Shown piece by piece: positions 1 to 9,232 of a DNA stretch of 64,000 nucleotides. Source of the stretch: a virus (taxonomy: Duplodnaviria; Caudoviricetes); the IMG/VR virus record IMGVR_UViG_3300030330_004628, positions 6,841 through 70,840 of that record; one strand, given 5' to 3'. Numbering within the stretch: position 1 is the stretch's first letter; every line of letters starts with the position of its first letter. Under the pieces are notes generated by a model. That model ran no database searches, was not told the DNA's origin, and saw only the letters and a program-made list of their open reading frames with translations. The position numbers and the translations under genes are program-made.

Positions 1-123
1 TCTTCCTTGTCCCCTATAAGGTTTTTTATAACTATTTTGTGACTTGCTAGCATTTTTGCTATGCACGCCTTTTCGTTTTTTACCCCCATTACTTCTAAAC
101 ACAAAATTATTTCCCTTTGCCAT
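1..123 (-). CDS. Small basic protein with C-terminal KPYRGQGR motif (runs off window edge; not in ORF track)
   Basis: Manual translation from ATG at 123: MAKGNNFVFRSNGGKKRKGVHSKNASKSQNSYKKPYRGQGR. It overlaps the end of the holin gene and resembles small Lys/Arg-rich phage proteins ending in YRGQG. Confidence 0.65.
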   Translation of the reverse strand, partial: MAKGNNFVFRSNGGKKRKGVHSKNASKSQNSYKKPYRGQGR

Positions 124-499
124 TTCTTACTTTTTCTAATGAGCGTCCTCCAAAATAAGAACCCACGATTGTTATTAGTACCATTGTTAATAAATCTGTC
201 CACTTTTCTTCAACTTGAAACTCAAGAAATCCAGCGTCTATAAATATCAAAAGCATAGTACACACCATTACAAATATAAGCATTAATGGTCTAACGTTTT
301 TTGACAGCCATGAATCGCTATTCATATCAGCTTTCCACCTGTCTGTTATATTCTGCTCCATTTGGGCTTGATGACTAAGTATAAGCTCTTTTAATTTTCT
401 TTTAGCATCTAACCTTTCTTCATCGGTAGTTATTACCTCATCTAATATTTCACCTGCATTACCAATCAGGTTTTTAACTATTCCTTTTAACATACGCAA
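107..499 (-). CDS. Holin, 3TM/GTA-holin-like
   Basis: RW-x-ADM-x-SDSWLSKNVRP motif followed by hydrophobic helices and YFGGRS-x-EK; adjacent to the endolysin. Confidence 0.8.
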   Translation of the reverse strand: MRMLKGIVKNLIGNAGEILDEVITTDEERLDAKRKLKELILSHQAQMEQNITDRWKADMNSDSWLSKNVRPLMLIFVMVCTMLLIFIDAGFLEFQVEEKWTDLLTMVLITIVGSYFGGRSLEKVRNGKGK

Positions 500-975
500 T
501 TACCATTAGTTATATCTTTATACGTGATTGTCACGTCTTGCCCTATCTTTATAGCTTTAGCTATTTCTGGATATATTCTTTTGTAAGCCTGTGTAGACTT
601 ACCTATAAAACCGTCCTTCTTGATTTTGTTGTTTTCTTGAGAGTCCCCGACAAGGAGACAACCTGCAGTATGCTCATCGGTATTACCACAATGTATAAGT
701 ATATAATCAAAATTAGGCACATCAAGAACGTGAAGCATCCCAATATGAATGTCGCTAAAACGTTTTTTATATCTTTCATTATACCCACCAACAGTCCTAA
801 GACCAAGCTTATAAGTCCCTTCAGGGATTCTAGTTTCTCCATATTTTTTTTCTTTTCTATATTCATCTTCTAATGTATAACACAAAAACTCTTTATCAAA
901 GTCTCCGTTTGATTTGTATAATAAACCGCTTGTAGAGTCATCACTGTTTGACACCCTTATTACCTCTAGTTTCAT
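487..975 (-). CDS. Endolysin, DUF5675-type L,D-peptidase
   Basis: CYTLED...IPEGTY...ILIHCGNT..HTAGCLLVG, with the His and Cys typical of the L,D-transpeptidase-like DUF5675 family common in crAss-like phages. Confidence 0.8.
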   Translation of the reverse strand: MKLEVIRVSNSDDSTSGLLYKSNGDFDKEFLCYTLEDEYRKEKKYGETRIPEGTYKLGLRTVGGYNERYKKRFSDIHIGMLHVLDVPNFDYILIHCGNTDEHTAGCLLVGDSQENNKIKKDGFIGKSTQAYKRIYPEIAKAIKIGQDVTITYKDITNGNCVC

Positions 976-1262
976 AATTGTTTAAGTTTTGTTTTTAAAT
1001 TTAAAGTTAATTGATTTTTTGTGTCTGAAGAAATAGAAATCCAATCATCTGTTATAGTTGGTTTTTTTTCTTGTATTTCACAATAAGAAATGCCTGGATT
1101 TTTTTCACCTGTATTTAAGTCATAAACACCACCTATATATGTACTGTTTTTTAAAACTACATTTGCTTTTGTCAAACTCAAATTAATAGTTATTTCTGAC
1201 ACCCCACTGGGGTTGTTGTGAACAATATTAAAACCAGATGTTTTGTCAACTAAATACTTCAT
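972..1262 (-). CDS. Hypothetical protein
   Basis: 96-aa ORF translationally coupled to both neighbours. Confidence 0.6.
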   Translation of the reverse strand: MKYLVDKTSGFNIVHNNPSGVSEITINLSLTKANVVLKNSTYIGGVYDLNTGEKNPGISYCEIQEKKPTITDDWISISSDTKNQLTLNLKTKLKQL

Positions 1263-1263
1263 T

Positions 1264-4200
1264 TTATTCGTTTTCGTTATTTTTTTTCACTACAAAATCT
1301 CCATATAACCAATAGTTTGCTTTGACAGGAGTTAATACATCTTCACTAAGATACGAATTATTTCCCCAAGTGGTTGAAAAGTAAGTTCCAGCTAGCCTAA
1401 TATATGACTCTTGCATGGGGTCAAACTGACGATATCCTTCTTTTGGCTTAATGTGAAACTGCAACTCTTCGCCGTCAGGAATTCCCATTTCACCTAAAAA
1501 CACAGTTGTTTGATTTGTTACAGAAAACGGTTGTGTCCAATCATAATTTTCAAAATCCTCTGGAAAAGGAACAGACCCGTCTATTTCAAAAGTATCATAT
1601 ATAAATTCTGGGTCATCAGCTTTTGTTATTTTAACTATATATTCAAATATATTATATTCAGGAGGGTCGTTTAAAGTTAACCTCATTAAATCCATTGTCA
1701 TAGCAGTACCTGAAGCTCTTATTTCTGCCTTTTTTTCTACAATTCTAGTGGGGTCACCTTGAGCTGGAGTTCCTTCAAATCCTTGTCGATATACTCGTCG
1801 AATACTTTTAGCAAGAGCTCTAATTGAAAAAGGGCTTCTAGGGTTGCCTGGAGGAATCCAATACGCATAAACTTTTCCATATATTAATTGACCACTTCCA
1901 TTGGGGTGTTCTGCAGGAATAAAAGCTCCCGTCTCTGGGTCTGTTGGCCATTCAGCCATTATTTCTGGAGTCCAAAAAACTTCAGTATATAAACAATTTT
2001 GTGCATTTATTTCAATCTTTTGAGATAATCCAAACTGACTACCGAAACTAAAAACTCCAAATCTAAGACATATTTCCTCCATTTGCCACCATGGATTTGT
2101 ACCACCCAACTCTGGAGGTGGGCCCCCAATAACTCTAGGGGTATAATGTTCTTTACTTTCAAACCAAAATTTCATATCATGACCTTGCCACTCTGGTTTT
2201 TTGGGTAAAACAACAGTAAATTCCCAATGTCTATTAGCCATATTTCGACTTTCAGCCCTGTCTTCTAAAGGACTTAAGCTTAAAAATCCAGCATAACCTG
2301 GATTAAAAGAATTTATTTCGTCATACGTCATGCCATAATATGAAGTAATTATTTCATCTTCTTGCGTATTTGACGTGGCATAGCCATCCCAAAATATTCT
2401 ATTATAATTACTATTGACACCAACTCTCGCTATATAAATTGGACTATCAAGAGTATTTCTAGCTTCAAGCTGTTCATAGTGACTTGTATCATCAGTTGCA
2501 TCTTCAAAGTCCCAATTTTTTCTATAGTCTGGTGTGTTAATATTTAATTGACCAGTATTACCCGCGCCAGTTATAGAATTACCATTTTCTTCGTCATAAT
2601 GAGCATTTAAACCTTCATTTTCGGTTTGTGTATTGTAAAAGGTATTACCACTTTTACATTCTACAATTCCTGTTTCACCAGTTGTTTCGTTTAAATAATG
2701 CATATCAAACTCAATTCTAGGAAGGTCGCTATTACTCCAAGCACTTAAATTACCATAATGCTTAAAAAGAGATTCACCTGGAAAAGGTAAATGAGCTATG
2801 TGATAATAAGGATTATGTTCTGGATTTAATTCTACACCCCACATTGCAGCACTATAATTGCTTCCCTGGGGAGCGCCTAATTGTAAAAGAGCACCATCCC
2901 ACATTAAATCTGTAAAACGATTTAAATCAAAATGAAAATTTCCATGCACATGAGATATTCTTTGTATAATAGAAAGTTTAAAATAAGGATTAAAGTAATC
3001 ATATTTTTTATACACATTAGATGGCGCGGAAGTATCGCCTTCTGCAACATTCCAATATTCATTATTTTCAGACGTTTGAAAACCTGACCCCTCCCCGTGC
3101 CAATCCCAATATGTGTTTGTGTAATGGTCAGACCAGCTTGAATTAACTTGGGCGCCTACATCATTTAAATAAAATTTTATTATTTTTCCTTCCATAGGCA
3201 TTAAGTCTAATCGATACCTGTTTGGATTTTCTTCAAAAACTGGAGAGTTTTCAGGATTTGGAACTTCTGGGTAATTATCATTTTTAACAATAGTAGTTCC
3301 AAAACTCCATATACCCTTTTCATGACCATATGTACTATTATTTCTTCCTATAATCTGTTCATAGCCATCATATTCTAATAAACTTTTGCCAGGCGCGTCG
3401 AATACATCAACACTTTTAAAGTAGTTTTGATATGACCAATCCCCTATATTGGGAACAAAGGGTGGAGACATTGTTTTTAAATGTTTAAACCTGTATTCAA
3501 CTACAAACTTTCTATCTCCTGCATTATCCCAGTCTATAAAATCCCATCCTGTATCTGCTACGTTTTGAAGATTATTTTCAGGGTGTTCCATGAAGCCTCC
3601 AAAAGGAGTTACAAATCTAAAAAGAAATTCATATGCTCCAGGCTCACCAGCTGTAGGATTAGAGTTTGTTGATATAGAACCATCAAAAGTGGGTTTAAAA
3701 TTGGGCATAAATGCTTCTGCTATAGGTATTATTGTCGTTGGAGTATCTGGGTCATTTAAATTAAAAACTTGAGTATTTAAACCTAAACCATAGGGGTTAA
3801 CTTGTGATTCTCCAAGGACGCCAGGCACATTTGGATTAATTGTATTATCCTCGTTTGTTGTGTATAGACCATATATGTCATTAAACTCAGGTTTTACAGG
3901 GAATCCTGTTCCGTCAGGTCTTGTAATTCTGCACACAGCCCTTATCTCACCCACACCAATATTAGTGCCTTCTGTGTAAAACGCTTTATCAACAGACATT
4001 CCATTTAATATAAACCCCGATATATACACATCAAATTGTGGCGAATAACTTTGATTAAAATAACCCTCATCTTGTTGAGACCCATCATATTGAGAAGATA
4101 AAAAATCTATTCCATTATTTATACCAATATCAAAAGCTGTCACTGGAGATTGTTCACTATTATAAGTTTGGTTAGAAAAAATAGAATCAACTTCTGAAAT

Positions 4201-6663
4201 TAAATTTACATTAGAATTGCTCATTAACCACCACGGCTCATAAATTGTGCCATCTAATCCAGCTGTGTTGCTTATAAAATTGCTAATAGCTTGTGGTAAA
4301 GGAGGCATTCCTGCTAGTTGATAATTAGATTGGTTAAGACCATATGTTAAAGAAGAGCTACTCGCAAAGGGTGTCCAATACAGCAACCCGCCTTGATAAT
4401 TTCCAGAAGGCTCGCCTGTTTGCCAATCTATAAAATTATTTCCATACCAAGCTTGTTGCTCTTGTATTGTATTTATAATAGGCATGCCGTCATCATCATA
4501 CACCTGCTCTATGCCCCAAGACGATAAATCATACGTGATGCCATCAAATTCAATTATAAATTCATTATACACTGGCTCTTGCAAATAAGCATCTTCTGTA
4601 GGCACGCCCCAATACGTAACGTCACCACCGCCTGACAAAACAAATCCAGGCAGGTCAGCTTCATTGGTGTAATTTAAATAATTCCACATAGTGCTTTCAA
4701 TACCTAAATAAGGTATTAAATTCCATCCTGGTGTATTTGTTGATGCAGGAAAATTTGGATACGCAGAGCTATCTGGAAATGAACTTCCCAATTGTTCAAG
4801 CATAATGTTAGAGGGTTCTTCTATTCCAATAGCGTCTGTAGGAATATGCCCTAACTCAGGATATGCGGCAAACATATCTAAAAAATATGATGTTTTAGGA
4901 TAAATCAAATAATCTTCATCCCAATCAACTAAAGATTCAACATAATAAAAAGGAATCCATGCGTCTGTTGTTTCTTCACCCTCTGCAAAAATAGCGCTAT
5001 AATTAGTAAGATATGGAACATTATTATTACTAGTACTACCAGTTTGATAATATGACCACCAAGGAAAAGCATCAGGATATTCTAATGCTGCTCCTCCAAA
5101 CATTATATTAAAAAAATCTGATATACCCATTGGTGGAGGCGCCAACAGTTGGTTTAAATCTTCTAAAGATTCAACAGGAGCGTAAGGTAAACCCACTTTT
5201 ACAGGATTAATCCTTCTCCAATCATTTACTCCTTGACCCACATTTACGGGAATGTCTAGAGTATTGTATATATACCAAGATGTCTCATCAGACACGCTAG
5301 AACCATAGGGAGCAACCCCCCAACCTATAGGGTCAGATGGGCTCAATCCTGAAAAAAACATTTGAACAGAAAAGTATGGGTTATTACTAAGATTAGTTTC
5401 TGATGGATACCAAAGCAAATCTCCTGGAGTGTAATTAGCCGCCAACTCCAAAGAAGCTTCATAAAAATAGTTATGTATACCATAAATTATTGCTGAAGGT
5501 GAATAGTATTCTTCCATATTGAGTGATGTAGACGACCATATGTCTGTTTCTTCATCTTGATTTAACCAAAGGTCATACACACCTTCATAGGGCTCTAAAT
5601 AATTAAAAACATTATCTGTATAACTAGCGGATTGAAAATCAACACCAGAATAAGATTCTTGATTTTCAAACCAGTTGGACGCAACAACGTAATAATCAGT
5701 GTTACTCGCATATCCCCAGTTTATATTTTCTTCTTCTGTTGGGTTACTTATATAAGGACCAATATTCCAAGGGTAATTGCCCGTGTGAAAAGTAAAAGAA
5801 TCTCCATCGAGATTAGTCCACGAATTAATATTTGTAAAAGTTTCTGTTTGAGGCGCGTAATCAGGGGTTGCACATTGAGTGTTGTATCTAACAGGGATAG
5901 GGATTACGGACCATTTGTACATATATTCCCTTTCATCAAAAATACATCTAACTACATTTTTTCTATGTATAGTTGTTTTTAAAAGAAGCTCCTCCATACC
6001 ATCTTTATAGGTAAGCTTGTTATCGCTCCAAACTTCATTATTATCAATATAATCTTGATTAATATACGGAAAGTCTATTTGGGGGTCTTCATAGTATAGA
6101 TTAGTTCCGTTTTCTTGATTTGCTTGTAAAACTTTCCACTCTGGAAGGTAGCAGGGATAAAGACCTTCATCTCCAACAACATGAAACCACTCATCATAAT
6201 AGCCATTTTGCAGTATATTTGAATCTGATTCATATGGAGACGTCCATAACTCTGTCAACTCCTCGCTCATCCAACCAACTCTTAAATGCCAGTTGGGTAT
6301 TATATCCTCCATCAAATCCTCTAAATTTATTCCAATATCATCAGGATTATATGTAAATAAAATATAACTATATGTGCCAACTATAGGGTAAAACCCTTCT
6401 TCCCCACCAAGTGTATTTACTGTAATTTTACCATCCTCAACAAGAGTGTTAAATGGTATAGGCGCTCCAGTAGATGTGGGCATAATTGTACCCACTGGAT
6501 TAGACAGGTTTTTGAAAGCTGCAAAAAACGCTACATGACCCTCTGGGAAAACATAATCAGAACCGTCTTCATTTTTAACATTTAAAACAAATTCAAATTT
6601 ATTGCCCCTTAATGTATTTATTTTAACATTTTTTGCCCAATATGTAGATATATTTTCAGGCAT
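1264..6663 (-). CDS. 1799-aa acidic, aromatic-rich putative tail fibre/receptor-binding protein; termini form a BppU-like adaptor domain
   Basis: aa 1-104 and aa 1785-1794 align with the adjacent 161-aa ORF; the interior is rich in D/E/N/Y/W/P. Confidence 0.6.
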   Translation of the reverse strand: MPENISTYWAKNVKINTLRGNKFEFVLNVKNEDGSDYVFPEGHVAFFAAFKNLSNPVGTIMPTSTGAPIPFNTLVEDGKITVNTLGGEEGFYPIVGTYSYILFTYNPDDIGINLEDLMEDIIPNWHLRVGWMSEELTELWTSPYESDSNILQNGYYDEWFHVVGDEGLYPCYLPEWKVLQANQENGTNLYYEDPQIDFPYINQDYIDNNEVWSDNKLTYKDGMEELLLKTTIHRKNVVRCIFDEREYMYKWSVIPIPVRYNTQCATPDYAPQTETFTNINSWTNLDGDSFTFHTGNYPWNIGPYISNPTEEENINWGYASNTDYYVVASNWFENQESYSGVDFQSASYTDNVFNYLEPYEGVYDLWLNQDEETDIWSSTSLNMEEYYSPSAIIYGIHNYFYEASLELAANYTPGDLLWYPSETNLSNNPYFSVQMFFSGLSPSDPIGWGVAPYGSSVSDETSWYIYNTLDIPVNVGQGVNDWRRINPVKVGLPYAPVESLEDLNQLLAPPPMGISDFFNIMFGGAALEYPDAFPWWSYYQTGSTSNNNVPYLTNYSAIFAEGEETTDAWIPFYYVESLVDWDEDYLIYPKTSYFLDMFAAYPELGHIPTDAIGIEEPSNIMLEQLGSSFPDSSAYPNFPASTNTPGWNLIPYLGIESTMWNYLNYTNEADLPGFVLSGGGDVTYWGVPTEDAYLQEPVYNEFIIEFDGITYDLSSWGIEQVYDDDGMPIINTIQEQQAWYGNNFIDWQTGEPSGNYQGGLLYWTPFASSSSLTYGLNQSNYQLAGMPPLPQAISNFISNTAGLDGTIYEPWWLMSNSNVNLISEVDSIFSNQTYNSEQSPVTAFDIGINNGIDFLSSQYDGSQQDEGYFNQSYSPQFDVYISGFILNGMSVDKAFYTEGTNIGVGEIRAVCRITRPDGTGFPVKPEFNDIYGLYTTNEDNTINPNVPGVLGESQVNPYGLGLNTQVFNLNDPDTPTTIIPIAEAFMPNFKPTFDGSISTNSNPTAGEPGAYEFLFRFVTPFGGFMEHPENNLQNVADTGWDFIDWDNAGDRKFVVEYRFKHLKTMSPPFVPNIGDWSYQNYFKSVDVFDAPGKSLLEYDGYEQIIGRNNSTYGHEKGIWSFGTTIVKNDNYPEVPNPENSPVFEENPNRYRLDLMPMEGKIIKFYLNDVGAQVNSSWSDHYTNTYWDWHGEGSGFQTSENNEYWNVAEGDTSAPSNVYKKYDYFNPYFKLSIIQRISHVHGNFHFDLNRFTDLMWDGALLQLGAPQGSNYSAAMWGVELNPEHNPYYHIAHLPFPGESLFKHYGNLSAWSNSDLPRIEFDMHYLNETTGETGIVECKSGNTFYNTQTENEGLNAHYDEENGNSITGAGNTGQLNINTPDYRKNWDFEDATDDTSHYEQLEARNTLDSPIYIARVGVNSNYNRIFWDGYATSNTQEDEIITSYYGMTYDEINSFNPGYAGFLSLSPLEDRAESRNMANRHWEFTVVLPKKPEWQGHDMKFWFESKEHYTPRVIGGPPPELGGTNPWWQMEEICLRFGVFSFGSQFGLSQKIEINAQNCLYTEVFWTPEIMAEWPTDPETGAFIPAEHPNGSGQLIYGKVYAYWIPPGNPRSPFSIRALAKSIRRVYRQGFEGTPAQGDPTRIVEKKAEIRASGTAMTMDLMRLTLNDPPEYNIFEYIVKITKADDPEFIYDTFEIDGSVPFPEDFENYDWTQPFSVTNQTTVFLGEMGIPDGEELQFHIKPKEGYRQFDPMQESYIRLAGTYFSTTWGNNSYLSEDVLTPVKANYWLYGDFVVKKNNENE

Positions 6664-6678
6664 AATTCTATTTTATTT

Positions 6679-7164
6679 TTAACCTTCTTCAAAGAATCCT
6701 CCTTCACCAGCAGGAACACCTCCTAAGTTACTTGAAGGGTTGTCGTCAATAACAATAAAATCGCCAAACAGCCAGTGTGTTAATTGGTCTGTATTTTCTG
6801 TAGAGTCAACTTTTTGTGTAAATATATTATATTTATATACACCAGGGGCAGGCCAAAAGCCAACATCATTGGTTGATGTTATTGTTATTTTTCCGTCTTC
6901 AACAGTTGTGTTAAATGTAATTGGCGTGGGGGTGTTGTTTGATAAAACGCCGCCTTGATAAGCAGCATATATATTTTGCATTTGATTTCCCGATGGTGTT
7001 AATACCTGAAAGTAACCATTGTCTGTTTCTGTAGAAGAGTTTGTGAAATCATAGTTTTCTCCACTACTTGTTTTAACATTAATAACCAATTGAAAATGAT
7101 TACCTCTTAAAGCTTTTATGGTAACCTTTTGTGCTGAATATGCTAATAACTCTTGTAACGCCAT
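6679..7164 (-). CDS. BppU-N-like beta-sandwich adaptor protein
   Basis: LRGN-x-F...GVYKY...WLFGDF-x-V pattern typical of small phage baseplate/fibre adaptor domains. Confidence 0.55.
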   Translation of the reverse strand: MALQELLAYSAQKVTIKALRGNHFQLVINVKTSSGENYDFTNSSTETDNGYFQVLTPSGNQMQNIYAAYQGGVLSNNTPTPITFNTTVEDGKITITSTNDVGFWPAPGVYKYNIFTQKVDSTENTDQLTHWLFGDFIVIDDNPSSNLGGVPAGEGGFFEEG

Positions 7165-7553
7165 TATTGAAACTTATTTAATATTATTGTATCTACAGAG
7201 TATTGTATTGTTTTTTTGTCCACCTCTAATTGAAACATTATATTAGGACCAAACCTTTCTCTTTCTTCTCCATTTTCAAAAACTAAAACAGTTGGTATTG
7301 CAGACACATTATATTTGTTTTGTATTTTACTACACTTACCTATATCAACCCTATACTTCTCACACTCCTTGAGTTTATTTAGTTCTGCAAATTGGTTAGC
7401 AGAATTCCACTCAACCCAAAATTCTACTACAACAACATCTTTTGCTATTGTTTTATTAAAGTTGTCAGAACTTACAAATTCCTGTCCAAAAGCGCTACCT
7501 ACTAAAAAAAATAAAACACCTAATAAAATTAATATATGATTAGCTATATTCAT
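7164..7553 (-). CDS. Exported thioredoxin-fold protein lacking CxxC
   Basis: Signal peptide (..GSAFG/QE), then VVVEFWVEWN in place of V-x-F-W-A-x-W-C, then KYNVSAIPTVLVFENG (cis-Pro loop). Confidence 0.7.
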   Translation of the reverse strand: MNIANHILILLGVLFFLVGSAFGQEFVSSDNFNKTIAKDVVVVEFWVEWNSANQFAELNKLKECEKYRVDIGKCSKIQNKYNVSAIPTVLVFENGEERERFGPNIMFQLEVDKKTIQYSVDTIILNKFQ

Positions 7554-7831
7554 TGCATGTCGTCTATTTTGTCCCTAAGATATTTAATGTCTTCTTTAAT
7601 TTCTTTGACATCTTCTTGTGTTGTCATAATAGTGGCACGTATCATTTTGTCTTTCATGTCAAACTCCATTTTAGTAACTTCTGGTTTTGGTGGAATTGGA
7701 AGTTCTTTTGCTTCAGCTATATCGGCTTGTAGTGTAAACCACATACCCACAAAAGCAAAAATTAAAACGGCTAACCCGCCTAATGTTTTTAGACTTACTT
7801 CAAACTTGGATTCTTCTGATATTTCTTTCAT
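7550..7831 (-). CDS. Single-TM plus coiled-coil membrane protein (spanin/holin-accessory-like)
   Basis: Hydrophobic helix LGGLAVLIFAFVGMWFTL and C-terminal heptads (VKEIKEDIKYLRDKIDDMQ). Confidence 0.55.
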   Translation of the reverse strand: MKEISEESKFEVSLKTLGGLAVLIFAFVGMWFTLQADIAEAKELPIPPKPEVTKMEFDMKDKMIRATIMTTQEDVKEIKEDIKYLRDKIDDMQ

Positions 7832-8043
7832 TTTTTTGCGAATTTTTCAACTCCACTAATTCCAAAACATCCAAGAACTACCCACACAAAGGAGTCATAT
7901 ACAAACTTATTAATAACTAGGTCTTTGCCCACCCACCCTGTTACTAAGTCAGCTATCATAATTAAGACCATAATAGCAAAGGCAACAAATCCAATTATAG
8001 ATTTTTCGTTCCAATTATTATCGTCTTTAAATATGTTCATCAT
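7828..8043 (-). CDS. Small 2-TM membrane protein (holin-like)
   Basis: Two hydrophobic helices and a basic C-terminus in 71 aa. Confidence 0.55.
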   Translation of the reverse strand: MMNIFKDDNNWNEKSIIGFVAFAIMVLIMIADLVTGWVGKDLVINKFVYDSFVWVVLGCFGISGVEKFAKK

Positions 8044-8402
8044 TTCTTCTTTTTTCCACCCCAGTATTCAACGGCAAAACCCTCTTTTACTAAAGTGTTA
8101 TTTACGTTAATAGGCAAGCCTAAGTCGTCTGGGTATATATGTAACACGCCCAAAACTCTACCAAACTTACCAACGCTTTGACTCTCTACAACTAAATCAC
8201 CTTTATCTAAAAGCTCAACTAATCTATCTTTAGATGCTAGTCCACGCTTTTTTTCTTCCAAGTCTCTGGTTCTAGATTCTGGAGTATCAATGCCTGCTAG
8301 TCTAATTCTTTTTTTTATGGTTACATCAAACCCTAAATCTATATTAGCATCTATTGTGTCTCCGTCAATAACTCTTGCTACCTCTGCTTTGTAGGTGTAC
8401 AT
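8040..8402 (-). CDS. Thermonuclease (SNase-like) family nuclease
   Basis: RVIDGDT, RIRLAGIDTPE, GKFGRVL and LVKEGFA motifs; no signal peptide. Confidence 0.9.
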   Translation of the reverse strand: MYTYKAEVARVIDGDTIDANIDLGFDVTIKKRIRLAGIDTPESRTRDLEEKKRGLASKDRLVELLDKGDLVVESQSVGKFGRVLGVLHIYPDDLGLPINVNNTLVKEGFAVEYWGGKKKK

Positions 8403-8593
8403 TAATCGTATTGTTGAGTAAACATGTCTCTCCTGCCGCCTTTCTTTTTGCGTTTTTTAGAAGATGAATATTTAACTTTTCCACCCTCTTTAAACAGTTT
8501 ACCTGCTAGCATACCTACTGGTCCTAACATACCAGAACCCGCAGCTCCTTTAACAACGTTACCAACCTTGCTCATAATATCTTTAAAAGCCAT
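8402..8593 (-). CDS. Small Gly-rich/basic protein with FKEGG motif
   Basis: 63 aa, coupled to neighbours; amphipathic N-half and Lys-rich C-half. Confidence 0.55.
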   Translation of the reverse strand: MAFKDIMSKVGNVVKGAAGSGMLGPVGMLAGKLFKEGGKVKYSSSKKRKKKGGRRDMFTQQYD

Positions 8594-8595
8594 AA

Positions 8596-9231
8596 TTAAT
8601 TTATTTTATATTTAATACTACCTCCTTCGATGTAAACACCTTCTGGTCTTCTTATTACTTGTCCCTGTAAATTATATAGTAAATTATCAGATATTGATTT
8701 ATCTAATATTTCCCCAAGCGAACTGTTACAAGGCAAACCAGTGTCGCAATCTATATATTCTGTATTGATTTCCATTATTGTGTCAATAATAAATATCTCA
8801 ACATATTCTATAACATCTATAAACATTGTATCTAATACATCTGCATATACAGTGTCTGTGTTATATATATATTCTGTTTCTATAATTGTTTCGTACTCAA
8901 CTATTGTATCATACTCTGTTATATACTCATATTCTATTACTGGAATCTCCACATATACTGTGTCACATTCTTCTGCTGGTGGAGCGCATTCTTCAGCTTC
9001 TGTAGGAACAGCTCCATTCTCATCACCCGCATCAATACAATCTTCCCAACCATCATTAAGCCAAGAGTTTTGAACACATCCCATTGGAGCATATTGAGTC
9101 CAATTAGAAGGGTCATCACCACAATAAAATCCGTCCGCTTCTGCGCAGTCTAAACATAGTTGCTGAAAGTCATATCCTTGAGAAAAGGCAAAAGAAGATA
9201 TGATAAACAATATGGATAATAGTTTCTTCAT
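8596..9231 (-). CDS. Secreted protein: signal peptide, LDL-receptor class A-like module, D-T-x-rich stalk, T9SS-type C-terminal tail
   Basis: MKKLLSILFIISSFAFS/Q; FYC...CVQNSWLNDGWEDCIDAGDE; five D-T-[VIM] triplets; LLYNLQGQVIRRPEGVYIEGGSIKYKIN. Confidence 0.65.
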   Translation of the reverse strand: MKKLLSILFIISSFAFSQGYDFQQLCLDCAEADGFYCGDDPSNWTQYAPMGCVQNSWLNDGWEDCIDAGDENGAVPTEAEECAPPAEECDTVYVEIPVIEYEYITEYDTIVEYETIIETEYIYNTDTVYADVLDTMFIDVIEYVEIFIIDTIMEINTEYIDCDTGLPCNSSLGEILDKSISDNLLYNLQGQVIRRPEGVYIEGGSIKYKIN

Positions 9232-9232
9232 A

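Noticed and set aside
1312-6351. Intein or intron explanation for the 1680-aa insertion
   Set aside because: No N-terminal Cys/Ser block, no His-Asn terminus and no LAGLIDADG/HNH motifs. TerL, portal, MCP and DnaB also look uninterrupted.
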